Assembly: GCA_963765895.1 (NCBI GenBank)
Contig: CAVXZB010000036.1
Span: 1 to 64,000 of the forward strand
Reading direction: 5' to 3'
DNA: 64,000 nt
Source of the DNA: an uncultured Nitrososphaeraceae archaeon
GTDB lineage: Archaea > Thermoproteota > Nitrososphaeria > Nitrososphaerales > Nitrososphaeraceae
In this document: positions 13,123 to 25,524 of the stretch, piece by piece
How the letters are laid out: each line of letters opens with the position of its first letter
Position numbering within the stretch: position 1 is the first letter of the stretch
Notes under the pieces: generated by a model
The model's database searches: none
What the model was told of the DNA's origin: nothing
Seen by the model: only the letters and a program-made list of their open reading frames with translations
Position numbers and translations under genes: made by a program

Positions 13123-13509
13123 TGTGTCTTTCTTCCTATATTAGCTGTGTTATAATATGACTTCTAGTATTTGAATTAAAACATTACATCTAATCACCTT
13201 TTGATGCAGTGTCGCTTATTTGTATCTTGATTCAGGTATTTTTATTTCAAATTTTGAAATTCCTAATTGTGATCCAGCTAGTTCAATAATATATTCTTCT
13301 AGTTTAGTTATAAATTCCAAAATTATTTTACAAATTGTTTTAGTTGTAATGTACCTCTAGTAAAATACGTAGATATAAATAATCGTGACATACCAATTTT
13401 GGTAACTAACTGAGTCTTTATCTTAAATAAGTAAATCATAGAAAGTAGTCTCTCCTAATAGAATACTTTCCAATCCTAAGTATATGTGAGTGAGCTAAAT
13501 TATAACGAA

Positions 13510-13845
13510 TTATACTGGGAGTTTCTTCCTATGATTGAATTTTAATTCTATGCCTCGTTTTTCATTGTACGTAAAGGTAAAGGATTCGTTAGGTAAAATT
13601 GGAAAACTTGAAAGTTCAGTCTGCAAACAACACGGGCATCTATTCTCGGCAGGCAGCATATGTTTTCCAAAAAAAGTGGCACACCAAATACACGAGTCAC
13701 ACAAAATGAATATGGTTTCTTTTTTCTTTAAATTTGCTTTTTGGTTTACTTCAATTTGTTTCGAATGAGCTTTGGCTGCATTAGAAATTATGGACCCATT
13801 CTTTGACTCATTATTATTAGTATTCATTATCTCGCCTAGGTTCAT
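13510..13845 (-). CDS. small Zn-ribbon protein
   Basis: FILCDSCIWCAT...CPCC...LSSFPI...E.F. Confidence 0.75.
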   Translation of the reverse strand: MNLGEIMNTNNNESKNGSIISNAAKAHSKQIEVNQKANLKKKETIFILCDSCIWCATFFGKHMLPAENRCPCCLQTELSSFPILPNESFTFTYNEKRGIELKFNHRKKLPV

Positions 13846-14263
13846 ACTCCTTACGATGATGCAATATTAATCATTCCAAGTGAATTAAACTTCAGAGAAC
13901 AAGGAAATCTAATACTTATTATTTTATTAAATATAGATTTATCTAGATATAACTTAAGAGCAAATAAATAACAACTCATAGCGTAGTTATAGTAAGACAT
14001 GTTCGTATTCCATTCTTCTAAGATAAATTTAGATCCATCTACTCCTATCATGAAATCCCATTTTTAGGTCAATTCATCTGAATTTTGCCCTTAATATCAT
14101 CGTGGAAGTTTAAAGTGTACATACAGCACGTAATTATAGTATAATAACAATCGTTATTACTGGTTCTGTTCAATTATATCCAATTTTCTCATAAAAATAT
14201 GTAATCATATACAAAGTATATAGCTTGAGCGAAGTTGGAATATTGTAATAATTATATGCTTGG

Positions 14264-14614
14264 TTGCGATTATATATAACGAGTGGAATGAGAAAGGCAA
14301 ATGCTAAGGATGCATGGTATGACGTAGCAGAAGGAGAGTCTCCAGAGAGCTTGATTATCCCATATGAAGACATTCATCAGAAGCAAAGAAGAATTAGTGG
14401 AGAAAGCTTTCCACATTGCTTATTGGAATTATGCGATCATTGTAGATGGTCTTGCTCCTGTTTTAATGTAAAAGGCAAAATCGAAAATTGTCCTCTTTGC
14501 GGTCATCAGCTATCCGAAGTGCCTATGACTATAGAAGAGGTCTCTCAAATTGACTATCGAGTTGGCAGGCCAGGTATGACAATTATATTCGGTAGGCGTC
14601 CACCTCTCAGATGA
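14264..14614 (+). CDS. small Zn-ribbon protein (paralog of 13510-13845)
   Basis: LELCDHCRWSCS...CPLCG..LSEVPM..EE; same Cys layout as its divergent neighbour. Confidence 0.7.
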   Translation: MRLYITSGMRKANAKDAWYDVAEGESPESLIIPYEDIHQKQRRISGESFPHCLLELCDHCRWSCSCFNVKGKIENCPLCGHQLSEVPMTIEEVSQIDYRVGRPGMTIIFGRRPPLR

Positions 14615-16401
14615 TCATGGAGAAGTTTGCTTATCTACAGTATGAGTTAAGAATTGAGAATTAGGCGATAATTTGAACTAATCTTCGCATTAGAAGACAT
14701 ATCTAAAGGAAGTATTTACTTTTCAAAGAATAACCTTTTCACTCTTATTTAATAAGATTTGATTATCGCACAATCTCCCACGCGACATCGATCTTGAAGT
14801 TATATATCATGCTCCGTATACCATATTTAGATTAATTATACTAATAATAACGAAGTTTTATAAATATGACGAATTCTAAGTAACCTGGATTTAAATACTG
14901 ATGAATACCTTAGATATATTAAGTAACATAACCGGTATATCACCTTCGTGTCAATTGGCCAGCACGAAAACTGTAGTCTCATCAAGCAGATGGTGGATAT
15001 CCCTCATGCCAATGTGTTTGTCATAAAAATACCTTTTTGAACGCAATGGATTGATTAAATATTACACTAGAAAATATATAACCTGAAATAGTAAATATGA
15101 AATCACGTTATTTCTCAACGTGTCACCTCCCAAGATTCGGGCAATTGTTGAAACTGCTCCCACCTAAAACTATAGTAATTTTTTTTCTATACCTATGAGG
15201 TGTTGCCCAAATCCCGAGCATGTTTTATCAGCTCAAGCTTGACTTATCAAGACTTCTATTTGCAATAAGATAATTACTTCAATTGTTAACCTGTCTGTTA
15301 CCTATTGCGATTAACTTGAAGAATAGAAAAATTTTGGAGATAGTTCTGATACAGTTGTTTTGATGTCCTAGCATAATGTGATTCAAATATCGATAGTATG
15401 CCAACTCCAAACATTAAATCGCTGCCATATCTTTCCAATTTTACCATTTGCTGCAATTCTAAAGAGATCAAATCCAATGATGTTTATAGGTTCTCATTAG
15501 AATGTGTGTCCAATATTTTCGAGTAGACATACACACACCCACTATAACTTCAATGTCAGTATGGATACCGGATTTCCAGTTAGCGTCACAGTATAACATT
15601 TACAAGATATAAGATATGTTAGTCATAAATTATTACCACAAGCATATATGTGTAGTCGCTGGGAAGACTCGCCATAATACATGAATTTAATCTTTATAGT
15701 GCAAACTAGGTACATTCTATGGATTGAATTCATGGATTACTACCCAGTAGCCACACGATGTAACAGTATCTCTAAAATAGGATAGAAGTATCATTGAAGA
15801 TCCAATAATTCTTGTCTGGATATCTTTTTATTTTATTTTATTGCTTGTCAATTGTTCAGTTCAACATTGCATGAATGCTATAGTTTTTTCGGCAAGCAGA
15901 AAAACTTAAAATTGGTATCCCAATGTATATTATATGGCAAGTCATCGATGCCAGTACATCCAGTTATACCTAGTTTATGACGAAAAAATAGCCTTAGTTT
16001 TATACTATGTTGGCGAGAAAATTTCAGAGTTAAAATATGTAAATACTTCAGAATAATAAAATAAAATGTGACGCTGTAAAAGTCCCTAATGTAGTACAAT
16101 GATGCCTCGTTTGTAAGAAATTAATGCGCGTAGACTGCGAATATGTGATTCATTCCATAAGTCCTCCTTGAACGTTAAAGCATCTCGTCAATATTTTTTG
16201 CCAGTAGATCGACCATTTGAAGTTTGAATATAATTGACGGTAATTAGTTGGGATCGAGTAGCAGACCGAAGTATATAGCATATAATCATGTTTCCTGCTT
16301 GAGTCATAAGCCGTAAAGGAATCTCTAATTCTAAATATATTCTCGATGTCGACGATTGTGAAATTGTTTTCTATGATAATGACCATATATCAACGAGTAA
16401 A

Positions 16402-16587
16402 TTGACTAATACTGAGGACAAATCACAATTAGACAACAGGATGAAAAAAGCCGAACGTGTTGTTAAGTATAATGAGAAGGATAATGTACCAATTCAGACT
16501 GAAGAAGGAGAAGCCGAAACCCATGAAAATGCTGAGGTGGAGCATCTAGCAGATGAAAAGGAAATCAAACGCAAAAGAGAAGACTGA
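16402..16587 (+). CDS. small acidic hydrophilic protein
   Basis: 61-aa E/K-rich ORF. Confidence 0.5.
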   Translation: MTNTEDKSQLDNRMKKAERVVKYNEKDNVPIQTEEGEAETHENAEVEHLADEKEIKRKRED

Positions 16588-16813
16588 CATGCAACAATCA
16601 GTTAAGGGTTATAATGAGGTATAAGAAATCTTTGAGTTCCGAATTATGATGAGCGAGCGCAGTAAAACGTAATCACTGCACAAGACTACTTCGTTACAAA
16701 CCCAGATTATTATTTCGGTAGTTCAAATGTGCATCATTAACTATGAATTTCACCAGCAAATTGACATAGTTTGTAAAAAATGTTCGTTCAGTACATGTTC
16801 TGAGGTTTTTATT

Positions 16814-17317
16814 CTATAATATATATATATATATATATCTCTCTTTATTTTTTCTTCTCAATTCTGTTCGATCAGTATAATATTGTGATGCATGAGTTAT
16901 CTTAAATCCTGTTGAATCTATTCCTGCAAAGATATGCTTGGTACCACTAATTACAATGAATGACGAAATTATCTTTTCAAGCAATGAATTATTGATTCTA
17001 TCTGTAAACTTTTGCAATGTTGTAAAATGAGGAATACGTGACAACCGTAGAAATGACCTTAGGTAATAGGCTTCAATTAACCACTCGACAAACATTCTAT
17101 AACTCTTACCTTCATACTGTCGTATAGCAACTAGAACTATGTGCTGCCATATTGTAAATATGTGATTACTTTTCCTGTTAGAAAATAGAGGAATCCTTGC
17201 ATGCTTCAAAACACGGAACATAGTACCTGCAAGTCTGACGTACATTGATTCTTTCAATAGACTATTGGTATTATACTCTTACAAAGCTTTGACTGTATGA
17301 GATGGTTTCTACACAGC
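16814..17317 (-). mobile_element. IS5-like transposase, 3'-truncated
   Basis: KSYRMFVEWL, RIPHFTTLQKF and GIDSTGF (first catalytic Asp); breaks off in a (TA)n tract at 16817-16838; candidate end GCTGTGTAGAAACC at 17304-17317. Confidence 0.85.
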
Positions 17318-17362
17318 AGGTGTATAGAATCCATAAATATGATGACGTGATTTAAGCAGTTC

Positions 17363-17450
17363 ATGTCAACAGCAGAGGCCTTCAAATGTGATGAATGTGG
17401 TACATCGTGTAATTCGCAAGAAATTAGAGGATCACAATAAATATCAGTAG
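17363..17450 (+). pseudogene. tiny C2H2 zinc-finger remnant
   Basis: MSTAEAFKCDECGTSCNSQE then a frameshift to LEDHNK. Confidence 0.45.
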
Positions 17451-17710
17451 TGATTTCTAATACTTTACCTCATTTGATACACTAGTCCAATATGAGATGA
17501 GAAAAATATACTATCAATAATTTTAATTGTATATAGTTCCAATCAAATAATGCAACCGTGTTTCTTATGGAAGAACTCATGACATTAATTGTATTATGAT
17601 TGTATTATTAATATATACTAGCAGACACTTATTTAATGTGAACTACTTCGAATAACAGTCTCAAATAATAAAAGATCTGAAGTTATTTTTAATAATATAC
17701 ATGTATTATG

Positions 17711-18214
17711 TCATACCCTGTCCAAGTGAGCATGTAACATCCCTGCCATCTTTTCATGTTTTTCCATAACACCAATCAAAAAGTCGTTTGTGCCTATATC
17801 ATGATACTCTTCGCACCTATTAGCATCTGTACGTAAACTTCTAATTATCTGTTCATGGTCTGCAAACAGATTTGAAATCATTGTCAATTCATCGGGATAT
17901 TTTCCTGGACTTTCTTGAATTGAACCATGTTCTACGAATTCGGCAAGAGTACCAAGTGATCTGCCATTAAGAGTATGTACACGTTCAGCAACTTCATCTA
18001 TAATCTCATCTATTTGTTCATACTGTTCTTGGAAAAATTTATGTCTTTCACAGAAATTAGGCCTAACAACGTTCCAGTGATAATTTCTTGTTTTTGTAAA
18101 TGAAATATATTCATCATAATCTCTTATTCAAAATTTGTATTACACCATACGAAAGTCCTTGGACAAATCAATATTAATATCTTTATTACTCTCCATTGCT
18201 AGTTGGCTGGTCAT
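17711..18214 (-). pseudogene. dps: Dps (DNA protection during starvation, mini-ferritin), N-terminus disrupted; absent from ORF track
   Basis: KTRNYHWNVV.PNF..RHKFFQEQYEQIDEIIDEVAERV...D.GT.DFL...MEKHEKMA.ML; stops near 18120-18150. Confidence 0.9.
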
Positions 18215-18544
18215 ATTTTATATTAAGAATATGCGGCATAATATAAAAATGTGACAGGGACTTAGGGATCATGCACTTAGTCGCCATCTCATTAAAGAAC
18301 TGTATATGTGATATAGTTTCGCCTAACAATCATCTTTTCGTTAAACCTTGTTAAATCTACTACATTTCCTAAACTGGCAACTAACCCAAAAAAACGACTA
18401 GACATGGATCCTCGTTTAGAGATTGAATACATAGACTGAATAAAAGATTTATACTTGACAGAATCAGATAATACTATATTTAATTGATTACTGTTGACTA
18501 ATAATTTACAATAGTTATATAGAATACAATTTACCTTAGGATGA

Positions 18545-18829
18545 ATGAACAAAAATCTAGCAAGTATAGCTGTGGGTGTGGCCTTCAGTATATCATTGTT
18601 GTCAATGAGTCTGATCGCAGCACCAGCGATAGTATCCAAAGTATATGCCCAAAATTCAAGTGGAAGTACACCGACTAAAGTAAATAATACTGGTGGAGAA
18701 AGAGCTTCTCCAAAGGAATTGACGACATCAGGAATGCTCACTACTAAGAATGCCTCATCTTCTCCTGGCAAATTTATGGGTGGTGCTCCGTTAAACCAGA
18801 GTGGGTCTAACTCAAGCTCTACGAAGTAG
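18545..18829 (+). CDS. small secreted S/T/G-rich protein
   Basis: Signal peptide ending VYA|Q; low-complexity mature part. Confidence 0.7.
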   Translation: MNKNLASIAVGVAFSISLLSMSLIAAPAIVSKVYAQNSSGSTPTKVNNTGGERASPKELTTSGMLTTKNASSSPGKFMGGAPLNQSGSNSSSTK

Positions 18830-19036
18830 TGATAAGAAATAGGGCAAGCAACTATTTTTATTCATATTATCAAATATTACTGATCTACAGCCCATCTAGG
18901 CCTTGTATAAATAATGGGATATCTTTGGACCCTTAGATAAAAGTACTAATGGAAAGTTTGTCATAGGCTTTTAATACCAGAGATGAAAAATATGATCCAA
19001 TCTTTTACTTCTGTATGGATGAATAACAGATAACTA

Positions 19037-19146
19037 GTCCTGCAGGTAAGAGGCTTTTTTCGGCCAGTTCCGTATTTGGCCTTTCCTCTTTACCAAATAG
19101 TGCAGCGGGGAACGGAACAGAAACCCGCTACACCATTTTGCAGGAC
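19037..19146 (-). ncRNA. candidate structured ncRNA (three-way junction with kissing loop)
   Basis: GC-rich island; three abutting helices; loops GTTCCGT and ACGGAAC are complementary; mismatches become G-U on the minus strand; TTTAAATA box 19 nt upstream on minus. Confidence 0.6.
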
Positions 19147-19449
19147 ACATATAGGTGGATCTCTTTATTTAAAAGAGTATATCCCAAGCAAAATATATTA
19201 TTATAAGAAGATTAGATGTTCCGTCTTATAATATTCCAACTTTAACAAGACATCTACCCAAATCTAAAACCTAAAGACGCATTTGTGACATTAGCAAGAT
19301 TCTATAGAATAACAAATAAACATAACTAATGAAATCTAAATTGTTCAGCGCCATGGATTAACAGATTAAACGTAGTAAAGTGACCAAGCTTTAAGTAGTT
19401 TTTTCTCCAATATTATTACATAATATGTTGTCGACGATTATTCGTTACA

Positions 19450-20401
19450 ATGAAAAATGAAGTTACAAGTATAACATGTCCAGTCTGTGATAGCAACCGT
19501 GTACATGAGTATGGTCATTATAGGGTATCAACAGTTATAACGGATGTTGAATCGGGTGAATTAATTTGCTCCCAATGTGGTATGGTAATTAATGATCGCC
19601 TCGAAGATAGGTACAAGGCCAGATTCACGCACATTTGGCAATGAGCAAGACTATAATAAGGTCAGACTAGGTCCTCCAACTTCTATTGCATACCATGATA
19701 TGGGTTTATCCACTACGATTGGAAGAACAGATAAAGATGCCAGTGGCCACAAATTGGATAGTGCCACATATTCGAAGATGCAAAGATTAAGAACATGGAA
19801 TCTTAGAACACAACTTCACAAATCAACGGATAGGAATTTCATGATTGCATTTCACAAACTATTCCGATTAAAAGATAAGTTAGGTTTAACAGATGCGGTA
19901 GTCGAAAAAGCTGCTTACACATATAGAAAGGCTCAACAAAGAGGAATAGTAAGAGGAAGGACAATAGATACTATTCTAGGTGCCGCAGTCTATGCGGCTT
20001 GCAGAGAACTAGGAATCACAAAGACCCTAAGTGAGGTTGCGCAAGCTAGCTCTGTTAGGGAGAAGAGGATATCTAAGGCATATAGAATTCTCAGCATTGA
20101 ACTTGGAATATCTATCCCAATTTTAGATCCTATGAAGTGCATTGTAAAGGTGGCAAATAAAATAAGTCTAAATGAACGGACAAAGAGAAGAGCCATGGTT
20201 ATAATGAATCAAGTTACTGAAAAAGAGATATCCGCAGGAAAAGACCCAATGGGTATGGCAGCAACTGTCATTTATTTGTCTTGTCTAGGAAGTGGTGAAA
20301 ATAAGACTCAAATAGACATTGCAAAAGCAGCTGGCGTAACAGAGGTAACAGTCAGAAATAGATTTAAGGATCTTAAAAACAAGCTGGAATTACTCAGTTA
20401 A
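19450..20401 (+). CDS. tfb: transcription initiation factor IIB paralog, split by a frameshift near 19610
   Basis: Zn ribbon CPVC...GELICSQCG, HDMGLSTTIG, two cyclin repeats, GVTEVTVRNRFKDL. Confidence 0.92.
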
Positions 20402-21106
20402 TATTATATTAATCGACTTGATTAACTACCATTGATCGTTTTTATAATTGTTGTCTAATATATTCTATAATCGTATAGCAGAAGTAGTATAAAGTAGGCT
20501 CATACTGTTAAGCGATCAAATAATGAGGCACTGTTTTTCTAAGGATATCAATTACTTGATATATTCAGGCATATTCCAACTTCACTCTATAGCATAATAG
20601 GATATAAATCCAGATTGTTAATAGCACGTTAATGTCATTACTGCAATTAAGTAGTTATCATTATTATATAAGAGCAATATACCTAAAGAGGAAGATAATT
20701 TACATCCATAAATGGACATTAGCTAGTATTATTTGTCTAGAATACTGGTTTTTCGTTCCTGATCCACATTTTCTGCAAGGCCTTTCAGCTATTTGAAAAA
20801 AGTCAAAAAAGATATTTTTAATTTAGATCTTCCGACAAGGGTTTTCTGTCATCTTATTTTAGGCTGCAGAGCACTATTCGTATAGTTTAGAGTTATGTCA
20901 TGATATAAAAGATACAAGCATTCAAATGTAATCAAAAGAAAACATTAAAAATTCTAATTGTCGAGTCTACATGTTGTGCTCTTGGGTTGATCTATGTGAA
21001 ATAATCACGAAACCAACAATTATATCAGCTTCAAAACTAGCAAAACTCCTTTCATATAGAGATTATTGTTTAAAACTATTAAATTTTATAGTATCCTATT
21101 GTTTAC

Positions 21107-21517
21107 TTGTTGGCTTTACAAGACCTATTTGATAATAAAGTGATTGCAATGCATATTAAATTCATTGATGTAATGAAAGTACTTTTTGGAATATTCATAC
21201 TGATTATAATAATTATAACAACCACGTCCCCATTGTTACATCACAGTCAATTCGTAGACGCGGTAGGACAACCACAAGGCAACACAACAGATAGGATATA
21301 TCACAGTAATGCTACAGGGGCTACTATAATCTTTCATGGTCATAGTATTTCATCAAAAACTAGCAATATGACTGGCACGAATAATACGGGAATAACTGGA
21401 TTTGGTACAGAAAATTCTATGAGAAATATGACAAATCCAATGTTTCTAATGAAAAAGAATCCCTTAACTAATTTAAGCAATCCGCTGGCTAATATGACAA
21501 ACCCATTACGCAGATGA
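21107..21517 (+). CDS. secreted N/T-rich hypothetical protein
   Basis: Hydrophobic signal or anchor segment; repeated NMTNP/NP motifs; true start probably a downstream Met. Confidence 0.6.
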   Translation: MLALQDLFDNKVIAMHIKFIDVMKVLFGIFILIIIIITTTSPLLHHSQFVDAVGQPQGNTTDRIYHSNATGATIIFHGHSISSKTSNMTGTNNTGITGFGTENSMRNMTNPMFLMKKNPLTNLSNPLANMTNPLRR

Positions 21518-21948
21518 TTGGATCGACAAAACTAACGATATTCATAATTTGCTGTCGGCTATTCATATACCATGTCACTAACTGCTACAATCTAAAGCGT
21601 GTACGTTTAGATGTGCAAATTATATACAATAACTAGATTATAAATTTAGATAATACATTAATCAATTCTTCGTAGCCAAAGTAAATCGCAGGTAAATTTT
21701 GTAATATTATATTTATGGATTGGGTATAAATCTTGCCAAATAGCGTTACGAACTAGCATTTTTTAAACCTGACTGTTACATCTGCCTAAATATTCTGAGC
21801 CAAGACCAGGATAAGCGTTCAGTATCTTCGCAATTGGGTTGGCTGCTAACCCTCAATGAAATAATGAAGACGTTAAGACTGAAGGATATCCGTTTGAAGG
21901 CATAAGGATACGTTTATATTTTTAACTAGCTCGAATATAATCTCTGGA

Positions 21949-21964
21949 GTGACACCGGTGTCAC
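21949..21964. promoter_or_regulatory. perfect 16-bp palindrome (putative operator)
   Basis: GTGACACCGGTGTCAC lies between a TTTATA box (~21913) and the ATG at 21983. Confidence 0.5.
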
Positions 21965-21982
21965 ACTGGTGCGCTATTAGTT

Positions 21983-22461
21983 ATGATTAGAACAAAATGG
22001 ATCTGCCCCACTTGCAAGGAATTATCTCCTACGAGGCATTGGAGTGTAGAACGACATATCAAGAGAAAACATGCTGGGATAGGCGAACCATTAGTATAAA
22101 TACATATCAAACTCGAATTCAGATGAATATACAGTCAGGATGGTCTAATATTCATGCTTCTACCAATATGATGGATTTTACTCACGAGACAAATAAATCA
22201 CAAAGAGACGGCAGTAGCTACGGCTATCACAATAATTATACTAAAAGCGATAATAATACTAATACTAGTGCATATCAAAAAATATATCCAGAAAAAAATA
22301 CTATTCTTTCTGCTACTGCAAGTAATTATGACAATGAAAAGACAAGAAGAGGATTTCTATCTCAACATACTAAGAATAGAAGTGTAATAGATGATGAAAC
22401 TCTCCAACTGCTCCATCAGATAGCTGAGATAAAAAATTTTCAGAACAAAATCAATTACTAA
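21983..22461 (+). CDS. C2H2 zinc-finger protein, frameshifted near 22090
   Basis: Frame from 21983 reads MIRTKWICPTCKELSPTRHWSVERHIKRKHAGIGEP, then appears to continue in the 21997 ORF frame. Confidence 0.65.
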
Positions 22462-22559
22462 GACATAATCTATATTCTGGTATAGAAGATATAAGGCAGT
22501 TTAATGGTATACAATTACCAAATGAATTAGTTGCCCCTTATATTATATATAAAAATATT

Positions 22560-23120
22560 GTGGATAATAATAGAAATATTGGATATAGAGGTCGTCTTTG
22601 TTATAAGTGTTTATCATATTGGATTGACTTTGTGCATAATAATGAAGAAGGTGGAATGAAGTTACTAATGCGAGAAAAATTTTCTGGTCACGAATGTGAC
22701 CCCAAAAAAGTACTGGAAATCAGCAAGTGCAACAGTCTTGACCTTGGAAGTAAAAATAGCCAAGCGCGCAGGAAATTAAGTGATTTACTTACATTAATGG
22801 CATCTTCCGTTATTACCATATTTGGCCAAAAGCCACTTTATCTCCATATTGAAGAATTAATCGAACAAGATAATCGGCAACTATCTTCATGGATCAAAAA
22901 AGAAGATTGTATTGACCTAGGTAATATAAAGGAAATAAAGGAAAGCCATTGGGCCAATCGCGCAATTAAACAAGAAAAAGTAAGAGACAAAAAAAGTATA
23001 ATAGTAAACAGTAGCGAATTAATTGATTTCTTTAGAACTGCACTAGCAACTTTTGGTACATTCAGAGTGCAAATGGGAGAAGATAATTTACCACACTACT
23101 TTTTCATATACTTTATTTGA
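22560..23120 (+). CDS. hypothetical protein with CxxC...HxC motif
   Basis: GYRGRLCYKCL...HEC; intact 186-aa ORF. Confidence 0.7.
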   Translation: MDNNRNIGYRGRLCYKCLSYWIDFVHNNEEGGMKLLMREKFSGHECDPKKVLEISKCNSLDLGSKNSQARRKLSDLLTLMASSVITIFGQKPLYLHIEELIEQDNRQLSSWIKKEDCIDLGNIKEIKESHWANRAIKQEKVRDKKSIIVNSSELIDFFRTALATFGTFRVQMGEDNLPHYFFIYFI

Positions 23121-23224
23121 ACTAAAGAATTCTCTTTCAGAATAACTGGCTATCTATTTACCCAATATAATATTTGTATTATTAGTACTTTGATTTGTAT
23201 ATACAAAAGAAGTGATGGGTCATC

Positions 23225-24187
<963 letters not shown>

Positions 24188-24248
24188 GCGAATCTAATTG
24201 TTACAAATAGGATGACTGCATCAATATTTATATTTCATATTGAGGATA

Positions 24249-24984
24249 GGCCCTGTTAACTTAGCGATAAAGCTATAGCTGTAAACAATATCTCATATTC
24301 AATGAGTTTATTTGAACGTGAGAGAACATCCGTAGAGACAATATCGCTTGCGTTATTATACTTATATCTTCTAGGCCTAAGTAAGTTTCAGAAACACATC
24401 TAAGGCAATCCAACTACTTGGAAAAGCGAGAGGAGGAAGGAGTCATGTTGCTATATGGAAATAGGTTCAGAGATTCCAATCCCAGACGTCTATAGTGTTG
24501 TAAAAGAGTAGCAGCTTTTCTAATAGATGGAACCATGATGCAGATCAGTTCTGACTAGGCTTGGTTATGAGTTGCTGTTGTAGAACCAGTGCACAGACAA
24601 ATTCTTGGAGTTTATGTACATCTCAAGACATAGGAATATGATTGTATCTGAAGCATCCTTGCGAACGTTGATCAAGATTTATGGCAAACCATACTGTATA
24701 TTCAGATGGTGGAATATGGTATCCGGAATCATGTATATCATTGAGACTAGAGCATAGATTACATTCGCCATATGAGAAGAGTATAGTTGAAAGAACTGTA
24801 GAATATCTAAAGGGTAGAACCCAAGCATTTGATGATTATTATCCGTGTATGAGAGCTGGATTATGCAACCTTAGACATGTACACAAATGGCTCATTCTGT
24901 TCATATTATACACAATAGCGTTATGGAATTAGTACTAAATTTGACGATCTAAGGAGGTGGAAGTATCTCTAAGTTAACAGATCC
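24249..24984 (+). mobile_element. IS6-family insertion sequence (736 bp), transposase pseudogenised
   Basis: TIRs GGCCCTGTTAACTTAGCGATA and TATCTCTAAGTTAACAGATCC (18/21); flanks TGAGGATA/TTAGGATA (7/8 TSD); YSDGGIWYP and KSIVERTVEYLK motifs. Confidence 0.88.
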
Positions 24985-25524
24985 TTAGGATAGGATGATA
25001 AACTATGCTCATAAAGAGAAATTATGTTCATAATATTTATGGCACTCGAAACTAATTTTGCTATTTATCTATTGCATTGCAGAAATTGAAGTAATAAAGG
25101 GTCGTTTAGATGACCCAGATGCATTTATACGGACAGAAATAAGAATAAATTTAATTCATCAGATTAGCTGGCATTACATGATACTAAAGCGACGAAAAAT
25201 AATACAGGATACTATGAAAATGTTAAGGGCTAAGTGCTAACCTAGTATCATGTTTTATTCTGGGTAACAAGATATTATTGACCAACACTGTTGACTTTAC
25301 ACCTGAAAGCTTTAGTTATCTTCAAAATGCTACTTTGTTACTTTTAGTACAATGACTATAATGTTTGATTATTGAATAATAAGGACTATGGCTTGTCGAT
25401 GTACTGAGAATATCAGCGATTTTATTGTGGCATCCAAATAGCCGTACTTGTTTATGACTTACCAGATACTAATCGATGTACAAGATATATAAGAAAAGTA
25501 AGCCAAATGATGTCGATGTAAGTT

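Noticed and set aside
15380-15600. Possible SnoaL-like cyclase remnant on minus strand (IGFDLFRIAANGKIGKIWQ)
   Set aside because: Only about 20 residues recognisable; too degraded to call
18292-18771. 159-aa minus-strand ORF and similar antisense ORFs (e.g. 4512, 7130, 8255, 38623, 46000, 50698)
   Set aside because: Shadow frames opposite better-supported genes
19037-19146. tRNA, 5S rRNA, hammerhead ribozyme or lysine riboswitch identity for the structured element
   Set aside because: No cloverleaf or T-loop and no CUGAnGA core; AGAGG, GAAAGG and GCCGAA words occur on minus but not in lysine-riboswitch architecture, and there is no adjacent downstream gene
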